This document shows, one piece after another, positions 1-10,078 of a DNA stretch of 64,000 nt (its first letter is position 1; every line of letters begins with the position of its first letter). The notes beneath the pieces were generated by a model. That model was not told the DNA's origin, made no database searches, and was given only the letters and a program-made list of their open reading frames with translations. The stretch lies in IMG/VR virus record IMGVR_UViG_3300025401_000648. One strand, 5' to 3'. Both the position numbers and the translations under genes were made by a program. Source of the stretch: a virus. Lineage: Duplodnaviria > Caudoviricetes.

Positions 1-288
1 TATGTGGATGAGATCCTAATCTATGAAACTGAATACGACTTGCTACAGTTGTTACAAACTCAAACTATTCATATTCGTTTCCTAAGTGAAGAATACCTCA
101 ATAGAGATTTCACAGGCAAACAGTGGTGTATGAATAATGGTATTGAGCTACACTATCATAAACGACAGCATGATTATAGTTCCAGCGAACTACGAGCAAG
201 AACAGCCAAATTAGAAAATGCCAAAGACAAAGATTCTAGTAAGGCATTACCACAATACAGTCCAGAATTAATCAAGGCTCCAGAATGA
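1..288 (+). CDS. Cytidylyltransferase-like protein, C-terminal part (5' truncated by window edge)
   Basis: Frame open from base 1; YVDEILIYETEYDL...RQHDYSSSELR parallels the C-terminal half of the TagD-like paralog at 22389-22853. Confidence 0.75.
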   Translation, partial: YVDEILIYETEYDLLQLLQTQTIHIRFLSEEYLNRDFTGKQWCMNNGIELHYHKRQHDYSSSELRARTAKLENAKDKDSSKALPQYSPELIKAPE

Positions 289-1064
289 TTGCTCTTATCG
301 GCCACGGCTACGTAGCCAAACATATTGCCTGTGAATTAGAAGGGCAGGGACTGGAATATGTTTGGATCACACATCGTGATCCTGTTCCACAATGCTTGTC
401 AATTATCAATGCCGCAGGCTACACAGGATCACCTAATGTAGATGCTTGTGAAACTTACAAACAAGAAACAATTGATGGCAATGTGATCTGGCCTGTGCAA
501 CTTGAACTAGCCAATCCCAACAAGCCTATTGTACATATCAGCAGTGGGTGTGTGTATTCAGGTTATGATAAAGAGTATACCGAATATGATGAGCCTAATT
601 TTGATTTTGGCAATGGCAGTTTCTATAGTGGATCAAAAGCATTAGGTCAAAAAATGCTGATGCCATTTTTGTACAAGAGTTATCTATTACGGATTCGTAT
701 GCCCTTTGGTGACTATGAAGATACTAAAAACTTCTTGACCAAAATGAAACGCTACGACAAATTAATCAGTTATGACAACAGTTTAAGCTACATGCCGGAT
801 GTGGCTCGATTTGCTGTGGCCTGTGCTCTAGGTAAAATTAGTCCTAAAGGAATTTACAATGTGTGTAATCCTGGTTTCAGTAACGCTAGAGAAATAGTCA
901 GCATGATGGGCATAGATAAAGAGTTCTTTACTGACGAAGAGTTTAAACAGGCTGTGGTAGCTCCTAGAAGTAATTGTATTTTAAGTACAAAAAAACTACA
1001 ATCTGTATTTGACATACAGGATGTAAAAACAGCATTAACGACTGCGATTGGAAATTTAAAATGA
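285..1064 (+). CDS. NDP-4-keto-6-deoxyglucose 3,5-epimerase/4-reductase (NRS/ER, RmlD-like SDR)
   Basis: GHGYVA Rossmann start; [32 protein letters not shown] (YxxxK) match the NRS/ER type of rhamnose-pathway reductase. Confidence 0.75.
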   Translation: MIALIGHGYVAKHIACELEGQGLEYVWITHRDPVPQCLSIINAAGYTGSPNVDACETYKQETIDGNVIWPVQLELANPNKPIVHISSGCVYSGYDKEYTEYDEPNFDFGNGSFYSGSKALGQKMLMPFLYKSYLLRIRMPFGDYEDTKNFLTKMKRYDKLISYDNSLSYMPDVARFAVACALGKISPKGIYNVCNPGFSNAREIVSMMGIDKEFFTDEEFKQAVVAPRSNCILSTKKLQSVFDIQDVKTALTTAIGNLK

Positions 1065-1999
1065 AAAAAATATTAGTAACCGGTGGTGCCGGATTCCTAG
1101 GTAGCCATCTCTGTGAGCGACTGGTTCTAGAAGGACATCATGTGCTTTGTGTGGACAACTACTTTACAGGTAGTAAAAAGAATATTGAACACCTGCTAGA
1201 TTACAAAAACTTCGAAGTAATCCGCCAAGATATTTGTTTTCCCTTGTATGTGGAAGTAGATGAAATTTATAATTTGGCATGCCCTGCTAGTCCCTTTTAC
1301 TATCAGTGGGATCCAATCCAAACTATGAAAACCAGTGTATTGGGTGCTTATAACATGTTGGGTTTGGCCAAACGTACTGGTGCTAAGATTCTTCAAGCAT
1401 CAACCAGTGAGATCTACGGTGATCCACAGTTACATCCACAGACTGAAGACTATTGGGGCAATGTAAATCCCATAGGTATTCGCAGTTGTTATGATGAAGG
1501 AAAACGTGCCGCCGAAACTCTGTTCATGGATTACTGGCGAGTACATTCAGTAGATGTTCGCATTGTGCGTATTTTTAATACCTATGGGCCAAGAATGGCC
1601 ACACAGGATGGACGTGTGGTCAGTAACTTCATTGTACAAGCTCTACAAAACAAGGACATCACCGTCTACGGTTCAGGACTACAGACTCGTAGTTTTTGCT
1701 ACGTAGACGATCTTATTGAAGGTATGGTACGTTATATGGCTGTGGATGGTGATGTTACTTTCCCAGGACCTATTAATTTGGGAAATCCTGGAGAGTTCAC
1801 TATGCTAGAACTGGCACAAAAGGTCATCGAACTCACAGGCACAGACAGTAGAATAGTACAAAGCACACTGCCACAAGACGATCCTAAACAGCGCCGGCCC
1901 GATATTTCAGTGGCTAGATCCAAATTAAATTGGGAACCCACTATTGAATTAGCCGAGGGACTACAAAAGACCATTGACTATTTTCGTAAAATAGTGTAA
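1061..1999 (+). CDS. UDP-glucuronate decarboxylase (UDP-xylose synthase)-like SDR
   Basis: [66 protein letters not shown] are UXS-family signatures. Confidence 0.9.
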   Translation: MKKILVTGGAGFLGSHLCERLVLEGHHVLCVDNYFTGSKKNIEHLLDYKNFEVIRQDICFPLYVEVDEIYNLACPASPFYYQWDPIQTMKTSVLGAYNMLGLAKRTGAKILQASTSEIYGDPQLHPQTEDYWGNVNPIGIRSCYDEGKRAAETLFMDYWRVHSVDVRIVRIFNTYGPRMATQDGRVVSNFIVQALQNKDITVYGSGLQTRSFCYVDDLIEGMVRYMAVDGDVTFPGPINLGNPGEFTMLELAQKVIELTGTDSRIVQSTLPQDDPKQRRPDISVARSKLNWEPTIELAEGLQKTIDYFRKIV

Positions 2000-2023
2000 A
2001 ATATAGTTTTAGCAGGAGACAAC

Positions 2024-2209
2024 ATGACACAGCGTTGGGTTGTGACACTCGAAGAAGCCGATGACGGCAGTGAAGATTTGGTACTCCCTCTACCGCAGGA
2101 CTTACTTGAACAAGTAGGTTGGGCTGAGGGCGATGTGTTAGAATGGTCTGATAACAAGGATGGAACATACTACATCCAGAAAGTCAAAGATGAAAAAGAT
2201 CTATTATGA
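2024..2209 (+). CDS. Small AbrB/SpoVT-like protein
   Basis: LVLPLPQDLLEQVGWAEGDVLEW resembles the swapped-hairpin motif; SD GGAG upstream. Confidence 0.55.
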   Translation: MTQRWVVTLEEADDGSEDLVLPLPQDLLEQVGWAEGDVLEWSDNKDGTYYIQKVKDEKDLL

Positions 2210-2648
2210 AAAAATTGGACGAAGGTATGTGCCTGTAGCCGAATATGATAACGATTTTTTGGACAGCTTTCCAAAAGGCAATCATTTGGTTATGTCTTAT
2301 CCCGGAGGTACTAGTCGTAGGTTTAATATTGACCCTAACTATGCGGCTATGATTGCCGCAGGTCGAGTGGCTGAAGATGCTATATGCAAGGCTATTAGTA
2401 AGGCCAGTGAACTGCGTCCTAAACAAACTCCTATCACCCCTAAACAGAAACGAGCATGGGAAGCGTTGGCTGAAGCATTTGGTGATGAACTTTGTACGCT
2501 ACACGGGCTCAGTGTACATGACTGTGCTGAAGCTGGGGTCAAAGCCATGATGGCAGAGGCCGACAAGTTGATGACCAACCCCGCAGTTCGTAAGTCTTAT
2601 GAACAATTTCAAATGGTATGTGCGTTAACTAAAGAAAGTCAAAAGTGA
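2190..2648 (+). CDS. Hypothetical protein
   Basis: ORF track 2160-2648; start moved to ATG 2190 (MKKIYYEK). Confidence 0.7.
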   Translation: MKKIYYEKIGRRYVPVAEYDNDFLDSFPKGNHLVMSYPGGTSRRFNIDPNYAAMIAAGRVAEDAICKAISKASELRPKQTPITPKQKRAWEALAEAFGDELCTLHGLSVHDCAEAGVKAMMAEADKLMTNPAVRKSYEQFQMVCALTKESQK

Positions 2649-3676
2649 ATAAAAAAATTGGTTTTGCCTGTAAATGGATTGATCATCCAGGACAAGTCGA
2701 TGGCATCAAAGCCACAGATGATGCCAAAAAGTATAACACAGGCGGCACAACTGTTGCTTGGTTAAATAGACAAAAGAAAGATGTAGCAGAACAAAAGCTC
2801 TGGGACATCATGGTACAAAATATTGAATCAACTAGACTATTGGTGGAACGAGTTGGAAATCTTGAAGAAAATCTTAAAATGGTTCGCCTTAGTAGCGATA
2901 TTTTACCTGTGTATACCCAGCGTGATTGGAGTTATTTTTGGCGTCGAAGCGATGTTGTTAACTATTGCGAATCTGCTTTTAAACGTATTGGTGACCTTGC
3001 TAGATCTCGTGGTGTACGCACTAGCTTTCATCCGGGACAGTTTACAGTACTCGCCAGCGACAATCCCGACATCGTGGATCGAAGCATAGAGGAATTTGAA
3101 TATCATGCTGATATGGCACGTTGGATGGGTTACGGGGTTACTTTCCAAGACTTTAAAATCAACGTCCACATATCGGGTAGAGCCGGTCCAGCCGGTATTA
3201 AAAGCGCCTACAGTCGCCTCTCACCCGAAGCCCGCAACTGTATTACAATTGAAAACGAGGAAATAAGTTATGGATTGGATGATTGCCTTGAGCTTGGTGA
3301 TGTGGTTCCTATCGTATTGGATATTCACCACCATGGGATTAAATCAGGAGGAGAATACATCTCCCCCTTGGACCCCCGCGTTGCAAGTGTGGTGCGGTCT
3401 TGGCGTGGTATTCGGCCTACTTGTCATTATTCAGTTAGCCGTGAAGATTATCTTGTGGGTCATAGCACTACTACCCGGCCTGCGATTGATCTTCTTTTAG
3501 AACAAGGATATAAGAAACAAAAACTGCGTGCTCATTCAGATTTTATGTGGAATACCGCAGTCAATGATTGGGCATTGGGATTTTTAGATCAGTTTGATAT
3601 AATGGTCGAATGCAAGTCAAAGAATCTTGGTTCATTTGCTCTTGCTGAATATGCTAAACAATTAGGTGTTCTTTAA
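2645..3676 (+). CDS. uvsE: UV-damage endonuclease
   Basis: IGFACK, VRLSSDILP, RTSFHPGQF, ITIENEE, VLDIHHH, AHSDF, DIMVECKSK motifs of the UvsE/UVDE TIM barrel. Confidence 0.92.
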   Translation: MNKKIGFACKWIDHPGQVDGIKATDDAKKYNTGGTTVAWLNRQKKDVAEQKLWDIMVQNIESTRLLVERVGNLEENLKMVRLSSDILPVYTQRDWSYFWRRSDVVNYCESAFKRIGDLARSRGVRTSFHPGQFTVLASDNPDIVDRSIEEFEYHADMARWMGYGVTFQDFKINVHISGRAGPAGIKSAYSRLSPEARNCITIENEEISYGLDDCLELGDVVPIVLDIHHHGIKSGGEYISPLDPRVASVVRSWRGIRPTCHYSVSREDYLVGHSTTTRPAIDLLLEQGYKKQKLRAHSDFMWNTAVNDWALGFLDQFDIMVECKSKNLGSFALAEYAKQLGVL

Positions 3677-3941
3677 ACTCAGGAAATAGTTCAAATATAC
3701 GATGTAATCCAGACCTAAGTTTATTAATAGTAGCATAATCTATTTTCATTAGTTTTGTGATTTCTTTATTAGTTTGACATTCTCGAATTATTTCTGTAGT
3801 GTAATCAATGCCATGCTCTTTAAGATGTGTTTTCCAATCTGCACCAGATCCATGATAAGCATGAGGATCTTGGTTCGTAGTTTTGCCGAGGTATTTTAAC
3901 CCAGTTTTATTATGGGTTTTGACGTATAGGTAAATAGTCAT
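3654..3941 (-). pseudogene. Internally deleted GIY-YIG (Seg-like) homing endonuclease remnant
   Basis: MTIYLYVKTHNKTGLKYLGKT...YHGSG..WKTHLKEHG N-terminus runs abruptly into an HTH-like tail; only 95 aa; ends in TAG inside the uvsE 3' end. Confidence 0.7.
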
Positions 3942-4013
3942 GCTGTAAGTTCCTTTATAACTTGTAGAGAGGATGGATATGTCCAGTATCGCGATCCTCA
4001 CTTTTATTTAGTC

Positions 4014-4037
4014 AAAAAGAAAAGGCCCCGAAGAGCC
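4014..4037 (-). terminator. Intrinsic terminator with UUCG tetraloop
   Basis: Minus strand GGCTC-TTCG-GGGCC followed by TTTTCTTTTT, just after the 4057-4395 stop. Confidence 0.85.
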
Positions 4038-4056
4038 AATCCTTAGAGCTAAAGAA

Positions 4057-4395
4057 TTAAGCCTTCTTTGAACGTGGAGCACGTGGCTTCTTAACAGCAG
4101 GAGTCTTTTCAGTTTTAACAGCAGTCTTACGAGGAGCTCTAGCTTTTGCTGGAGCTTTTTCTTTAACTGCTACTTCTGCTTTAGGAGTACGTGGCTTACG
4201 AGTTTTCTTAACAGGCTCTGCTGTAGCTGGTTCAACTACTTCAGGAGCAACTGGTAATACAACAGGTTCTTCAACTACTGGCGTTTCAACTGCGGGCGTT
4301 TCGACTACAGGTGTGCTGGCTACTGCTTTGGGCTTTCTATTAAAATAGATGGCAGCGGCAAAGGCAACAACAGCAATTAATATAATGATTTCCAT
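4057..4395 (-). CDS. Membrane-anchored protein with Pro/Glu linker and Lys/Arg-rich histone-like tail
   Basis: Hydrophobic N-terminus (IIILIAVVAFAAAIYF), VETP repeats, KKTRKPRTPK...KKPRAPRSKKA tail; SD AAGGA; followed by a terminator. Confidence 0.75.
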   Translation of the reverse strand: MEIIILIAVVAFAAAIYFNRKPKAVASTPVVETPAVETPVVEEPVVLPVAPEVVEPATAEPVKKTRKPRTPKAEVAVKEKAPAKARAPRKTAVKTEKTPAVKKPRAPRSKKA

Positions 4396-4576
4396 GGAAA
4401 TTCCTTTTTATGTAAAAATGTATTGTTATTTAATGGGCACTAAATACTGATATGCAAAAAATGAAATCAAGTGCCAATTTACCTTTAAGCCACATTGGCT
4501 GTACTACGAAAAAACAGGGAAAGCTCGTAGTTAGGGGTCCTTGGATGCCCTGTTAACCACTTGATGAAATATTTAT

Positions 4577-5134
4577 ATGTACAACTTTATTAAATCCTTA
4601 ACTGAAGGTAAAATCAAACAGGAATTGGTACAGGCCACTTTACCTTATGCTCGAGATGGTTTGGGCAGAAGTCTTAGTAAATCTGCTATAGATTATCACT
4701 ATGGTAAATTATATAAGGGCTATGTTGATCGATTTAACTCTGGTGAAGGCGATCCAGATTTTAACGAAGCTGGCGCATTTTTACACAGCATCTATTTTCC
4801 ACAACTACGTCCGCCAAGAAGCAGTAATAAACCTGATGGCTTGATTTTAGAGTTTATCAACCAGCATTTTAAAAGTTTTGATAAATTCAAAGAGGAGTTC
4901 AAAAAAGTTGCCATGAAAATTCAAGGCAGCGGTTGGGTATATCTTGCCCGTGATGGTAAAATTAAAACCATAGTCAATCATGAAATCAAGCAGGATATAC
5001 TGGTACTTATTGATTGGTGGGAACATGCTTGGGCATTAGACTATCAAGCAGACAAAGAAAAATACCTGGACAATCAATGGAAAATCATTGATTGGGACAG
5101 AATTAATATCAAAATGGAGGGCATTCAAAGTTAA
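4577..5134 (+). CDS. sod: Fe/Mn superoxide dismutase with N-terminal extension
   Basis: LPY, YHYGK (His), LHSIYF (His), QGSGWVYL and IDWWEHAWALDY (Asp, His): all four metal ligands present. Confidence 0.9.
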   Translation: MYNFIKSLTEGKIKQELVQATLPYARDGLGRSLSKSAIDYHYGKLYKGYVDRFNSGEGDPDFNEAGAFLHSIYFPQLRPPRSSNKPDGLILEFINQHFKSFDKFKEEFKKVAMKIQGSGWVYLARDGKIKTIVNHEIKQDILVLIDWWEHAWALDYQADKEKYLDNQWKIIDWDRINIKMEGIQS

Positions 5135-5185
5135 TACGCAGGGTTCAGATATTCACGAAAGTTGATAACCACAAACGGAGGCGGT

Positions 5186-5410
5186 ATGTCCAACAATAAT
5201 TTAGAAGCATTAGTTAGCATTGAAGAATACGAAGAAGACGATGATTACGGGCCAGATGATTTTGGATTTGTAATAGGGCCAGATGGTAGTTTAAAATCGT
5301 TTATGATCCCACAACATTTAATGGAAGATCCTCCAGAAGAAATACAATTAATTCTAAGTATATTTGGTATTGAAAATATACACGATTTAGAGCATAGAAC
5401 CCTACACTGA
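5186..5410 (+). CDS. Small acidic hypothetical protein
   Basis: ATG 5186 after GGAGG; D/E-rich. Confidence 0.7.
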   Translation: MSNNNLEALVSIEEYEEDDDYGPDDFGFVIGPDGSLKSFMIPQHLMEDPPEEIQLILSIFGIENIHDLEHRTLH

Positions 5411-5429
5411 TTTTACTGGCCATTTTAGG

Positions 5430-5457
5430 TAAATACCTCTATAGTAGCCTATAGAGG
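5430..5457 (+). promoter_or_regulatory. T4-like late promoter core (TAAATA) plus SD-sequestering hairpin
   Basis: TAAATA 5430-5435, then CCTCTATAG/TAGC/CTATAGAGG 9-bp stem covering GAGG of the 5468 gene. Confidence 0.7.
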
Positions 5458-5467
5458 AATAATCTCA

Positions 5468-7786
5468 ATGAGTCAACAATTAGTCAATATCGGTGGTCAG
5501 GCAAATGATGGCACCGGCGATAGTATTCGAACTGCGTTCGATAAAATCAATACCAATTTCACTGAAGTTTACAGTGATTTAACTTTTATAAACAGTGTTT
5601 TTTCTAATACTAATTCATCTACGATTGGTACTAGCACTATTAACACAATACTATCAGAGTATGCTGGAGTCACAGCCACTCTTGCCTTGTTCCAAAATAG
5701 CCTTAACACGCTTAGTGCTTATGTAAGTACATTTGCCACACAGACCTATGTCGACGACCATATCAGTGCCGAATTAGGACTAGTTGAACAAAGTGCTACT
5801 ATTTTTTACTCAACTATAACTTTTGTTCATTCTGCGCTGTTTACTAATACCAACGCCACCTCAACAACATCAGGTGCTTTGCAAGTAGTAGGTGGTGCCG
5901 GCATTGGTGGTGATCTATATGTTGGCGGCAATATCAACTCTGGCGGTGGATTCAATGCGAAAGGAAATATTACTGTTATTAGTGGGACCAATAGCTTGCT
6001 GGATTTGAATATTATCAATAACAGTACAGGGAACACAGCCTCAGCCGGCGTATCTGCTCAATCAAGTGGTACATCAATTGGGTTGTTCACTTATCCGATT
6101 GCGTCCACAGTGAACTCAGGAACTTTCCTATATTCAAATAATCCTGGAGGTTTGACCATTGAACAAAACGGCAGTTCTAGCACCGGCATCAACTTTGTGC
6201 TGCCTTACTCCTATGATAATGGTGCCTATCCCCGCGTGAAAATCAATTCAACCGGTAGTATTTTAGAAATCAATCTAGATACGGCACCGTTGTACGGAGG
6301 GATTCATCAGTTTGGTAACAGTGTAGATCAAGGATATAGTCGCGGAGCCACTATCACGTACACAGGCGGAGAACCTAAATTTGGCAATTGGCGACAGTAC
6401 CACAATGCCGAAGAATGGAGTTGGGCTTTAGTTTACAACACCGCAGTCAATCCGCATACTGTTTTTCCCGCAACATACAGTGCTCGCGATACCACTGATG
6501 GTACTGCCGACATTGTGTTTGCCAATAGAATTGATGTAGCGGAAGGGCATAGCGGACAAAACTTCTGGGGAGCTGAGTGGGCGCCGGCTAACGATACAGT
6601 TCCTGCTACACAACCAGATTGGGCCGCGGGCAGTTCCATGCGCTACTATGATGGTGGAGTACTAGCACTGTCAAATAGTTGGGGAAATAGTGCTCAATGG
6701 TCATCTTCTGGAGATCCCAAATATCAACCTTCAGGAACATTTAGAGATTCAGCAATACAACTGATAAGTGGAGAAACTGTTGCGGGTCCGAATAATAATG
6801 GTTACTCACATGTCATGCGTACATCTGCTACAGACGGATCATTTAAGATTCAGGATGTAACTGCATTTAAAAACAGTTCTACATATTGGATTCCAATAAC
6901 ACCACCAACACAAGTGGGAATACTTGACCGTATGGTAATTGATACTAGCGGAAATGTATCTTTCCCAGGTGGAAATATAACTTCAGGCGGCAAAGTAATT
7001 TCAGGCGGGGACATACAGGTACCATCCAGCCATGCTCTAGTACTTTTCAATTCTGACAATACTAGTCATGCCAATGTAACGTATGATGGTACAATGGTTA
7101 AGATTTCCAAACCATATGGTGGTGGTGGCTCAGGCCTTGGGGTACAGATCGGAAACTTACAACGTGCCACCCTGAGCACTGTTGGATTTACCGGAAACAC
7201 CAGCACAGTGGTGTGTGACACAGGCACTGAGATCCTGTTCTTGGATTATAGTACAGCCTCTATAATTGTAGTATTTCCGGCAAATCCGGTAAATGGCCAA
7301 ACATTGAAAATTGGAACATTTGGCGCAACTATTACTGGTATTACATTTATACCAGGTCTAGGTAGTAGTTATATTGGTGCAGTACCCGCTAGCATAACAC
7401 AAAATACTCCCATAGAATATACATATTATTCTGGAACAAGTGCTTGGTTTACTAGTGGAGGTAGTATTCCTTCTACTACTATTAAAGGGCTAGGATATAA
7501 CGGTGAAACATGGCATGATGTCACAGCATCTAGAGTGTTAGGTGGTGGATATACAAATTCCCATACGTACCCAATCATGGTGGCTGTAAGTTGCACAAGT
7601 ATCGGATTAAGTGCAGGTAGCTTTGATCTTAACGCATACATTAATGGTTATAACATATTGAATATAGGCGGGGGTGGCTTGGGAAATATCGGCGGAATTT
7701 CCTTTATTGTTCCACCAGGAGCAATCTATGAGGTCGGGTCCAGCGGCGCAACAACAACTCTTACCTTATGGACAGAACTTTATTAA
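5468..7786 (+). CDS. Baseplate/tail fibre protein (T4 gp9/gp10-like N-terminus, fibre-tip C-terminus)
   Basis: VNIGGQANDGTGDSIRTAFDKINTNF baseplate-attachment motif; C-terminal WHDVTASRV...YTNSHTYPIMV...SFIVPPGAIY fibre-tip motif. Confidence 0.75.
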   Translation: MSQQLVNIGGQANDGTGDSIRTAFDKINTNFTEVYSDLTFINSVFSNTNSSTIGTSTINTILSEYAGVTATLALFQNSLNTLSAYVSTFATQTYVDDHISAELGLVEQSATIFYSTITFVHSALFTNTNATSTTSGALQVVGGAGIGGDLYVGGNINSGGGFNAKGNITVISGTNSLLDLNIINNSTGNTASAGVSAQSSGTSIGLFTYPIASTVNSGTFLYSNNPGGLTIEQNGSSSTGINFVLPYSYDNGAYPRVKINSTGSILEINLDTAPLYGGIHQFGNSVDQGYSRGATITYTGGEPKFGNWRQYHNAEEWSWALVYNTAVNPHTVFPATYSARDTTDGTADIVFANRIDVAEGHSGQNFWGAEWAPANDTVPATQPDWAAGSSMRYYDGGVLALSNSWGNSAQWSSSGDPKYQPSGTFRDSAIQLISGETVAGPNNNGYSHVMRTSATDGSFKIQDVTAFKNSSTYWIPITPPTQVGILDRMVIDTSGNVSFPGGNITSGGKVISGGDIQVPSSHALVLFNSDNTSHANVTYDGTMVKISKPYGGGGSGLGVQIGNLQRATLSTVGFTGNTSTVVCDTGTEILFLDYSTASIIVVFPANPVNGQTLKIGTFGATITGITFIPGLGSSYIGAVPASITQNTPIEYTYYSGTSAWFTSGGSIPSTTIKGLGYNGETWHDVTASRVLGGGYTNSHTYPIMVAVSCTSIGLSAGSFDLNAYINGYNILNIGGGGLGNIGGISFIVPPGAIYEVGSSGATTTLTLWTELY

Positions 7787-7792
7787 TTTGAT

Positions 7793-10075
7793 ATGACTGT
7801 ACAATGGACTACACCTGCAGGGCTACTTTTTACCGCTACTGAAGCAGTAAGCACATCGGTGGCAGTAATGGCCACTGGTACTAACATTTCCTATAGTTTG
7901 ATCAGCGGACAGTTATCATCTGGTTTAACAATAAATTCTTCTGGAGTTATTTCTGGTGTTCCCGACAATGTGTTTATTCCCACAACCAGCACATTTGTAA
8001 TTAGAGCAACAGATAGTGTTAATGTAATTGATAGAACATTTAGTTCCACGATTTACAATAACGGTGGAGTACAATGGGTAACCACTGCGTCAGTTATTTC
8101 AACTTCCACAAATACAACTTCAACATTTTTGCCAGCAGGGTACAGTGGTGTGGAATATATTTTTAATAATCAGTGGGTTGATTATCCCTTAAAGGCTATA
8201 CCTGTTGGTGATCCAAATACAGCCACAATAACCTATCATTTAAGTACTGGCACATTACCACCCGGATTGACACTAAGTTCCACTGGCACAATTTCAGGAT
8301 TTGTCAAGGATCATTTGACTTTCCCTGGATTTGCCAGCACAACAGGTGGGTACGATACAGAATCATTTGATGATTATAGTTATGATCCTGCTGTGTTATC
8401 TTTTTATGGAACATTGACAGAAGTACAGCTGGTATCGGTTCCAAAAATTTATCAGTTCAGTGTAGCAGCCACTGATGGATATAATACTTCTACTAATAGA
8501 TTTGAAATGTTGGTGATCAATCCAGACATGCTTAGAGCGGATTCTGTATTTTTAAGTTATGATGTTAGTATACTCAGTACCGACGTTGTTCCTGCCTCGG
8601 CCAGTTTTCTAGAGTTGCCACAATTTTTAAACAGTTCAAATTTTGGTATCATTCGAGCAGGTGAAAAAACAGATCTAGATGTGTCCGCTTATAACGGTAC
8701 ACCACAAGAGGGCAAAATAACCTATAGTTTAATTACCACAACAAATTTACTAACACAGTTACCCCCTGATTTGGTTTTAGACCCAATATCAGGTCATATT
8801 TCTGGATATGTGGAATTTCAACCAGCATACACAAAAACCTACACACTAACTGTCGCAGCCACCAAATCAGATTATACATCAACAGCCACTACCACAGTGA
8901 CAAATACATTCACATTGTTTGTTCAAGGCAATGTGTACAGCAGTATTGAATGGGTCACAGGCAGTGATCTTGGCAGCATCGAAACACAAACTGTCAGTGA
9001 TCTGTATGTTGAAGCCAGAGAAATTTCCGCAGACTATAATATCAAATATCAGTTAGATGGCGGCGCACTGCCATCAGGGTTAACTTTAGATAGAGATGGC
9101 AGTATTACTGGGCAAGTGGATTTTAATGCCACTGGTACATACACATTTACAGTACTGGCCAGCGACATTTATGATTTGGGTGCTATCAGCAAGACATTTA
9201 CACTGTCAGTAGCACAAACAACTAGCACACAATACACCAGTATATATGCTAGACCGTTTATGAACTCAACACAACGACAGAGTTTTCAAGACTTTATCAG
9301 CAATACTAAAATATTTGAACCTAGTTTGATCTATAGATATTTTGATCCTAATTTTGGTGTTCAATATAATATGAAAATGTATTTGGAATATGGCATAGAA
9401 AAACTAAATTTAGATTCATATTTTTCGGCACTATTTCAAAACTTTTATCCAACTACATTGTATTTTGGCGATGTTAAGGTGGCAGTGGCTAAAGACATAC
9501 ATGGCGATTCCATTTATGAAGTAATCTATGTCGATGTCATAGATCCGTTAGTTACTAGTACTGGTACCAGTGTTTCATTGAATACTGAAATTAATAACAG
9601 TCTTTATTATCCTGCTAGCATACAAAATATGCGTAAGAGACTGGAATCGTTGATTTTGAATGATCAATATATCACAGTCAACGAATATAATCTACCACTG
9701 TTCATGCGTACACCGCAGGCAGGACAATATAGACCTCCAGAATATATGCCTGTGATACCATTATGCTATACACTACCAGGACAAAGTTCTAAAATTGTTG
9801 ATAGAATTAAATTGTCAGGATTTAATTTTACCAGTTTGAACTTTGAAATAGATCGAATCATAGTATCAAGTAGCCTGGATAATTCAGCCGATAAATATTT
9901 GATATTTGAACGCAGAGATATATCAAATATTGTTCCAGAAGATTTCGAATTGTTTGGACCAGATGGAGTTGGATTCAATGTTGGGCCATATCAAGATAAT
10001 TCTGGCCCAGTCATTGATGATGAGAGTGGCAATATACTAACTGATCAAAGCGGAATACCTTTTGAAGGCAATTAA
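7793..10075 (+). CDS. Virion structural protein with repeated Ig-like (He_PIG-type) domains, probable baseplate wedge
   Basis: Four LPxGLTLxxxGxISG-type repeats, Thr/Ser-rich beta composition, structural context. Confidence 0.65.
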   Translation: MTVQWTTPAGLLFTATEAVSTSVAVMATGTNISYSLISGQLSSGLTINSSGVISGVPDNVFIPTTSTFVIRATDSVNVIDRTFSSTIYNNGGVQWVTTASVISTSTNTTSTFLPAGYSGVEYIFNNQWVDYPLKAIPVGDPNTATITYHLSTGTLPPGLTLSSTGTISGFVKDHLTFPGFASTTGGYDTESFDDYSYDPAVLSFYGTLTEVQLVSVPKIYQFSVAATDGYNTSTNRFEMLVINPDMLRADSVFLSYDVSILSTDVVPASASFLELPQFLNSSNFGIIRAGEKTDLDVSAYNGTPQEGKITYSLITTTNLLTQLPPDLVLDPISGHISGYVEFQPAYTKTYTLTVAATKSDYTSTATTTVTNTFTLFVQGNVYSSIEWVTGSDLGSIETQTVSDLYVEAREISADYNIKYQLDGGALPSGLTLDRDGSITGQVDFNATGTYTFTVLASDIYDLGAISKTFTLSVAQTTSTQYTSIYARPFMNSTQRQSFQDFISNTKIFEPSLIYRYFDPNFGVQYNMKMYLEYGIEKLNLDSYFSALFQNFYPTTLYFGDVKVAVAKDIHGDSIYEVIYVDVIDPLVTSTGTSVSLNTEINNSLYYPASIQNMRKRLESLILNDQYITVNEYNLPLFMRTPQAGQYRPPEYMPVIPLCYTLPGQSSKIVDRIKLSGFNFTSLNFEIDRIIVSSSLDNSADKYLIFERRDISNIVPEDFELFGPDGVGFNVGPYQDNSGPVIDDESGNILTDQSGIPFEGN

Positions 10076-10078
10076 TAA

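Noticed and set aside
4452-4565. Possible small ORF or pseudogene between the basic membrane protein and SOD (MQKMKSS... frame, or a shifted frame EIKCQFTFKPHWLYYEK with an internal TAG)
   Set aside because: Only 34 aa in the ATG frame; the other frame needs both a frameshift and read-through and I have no homology evidence.
5900-7000. Compositionally slightly different central part of the baseplate/fibre gene (possible swapped module)
   Set aside because: Impression only; no boundary repeats seen and I cannot quantify GC or codon shift by eye.
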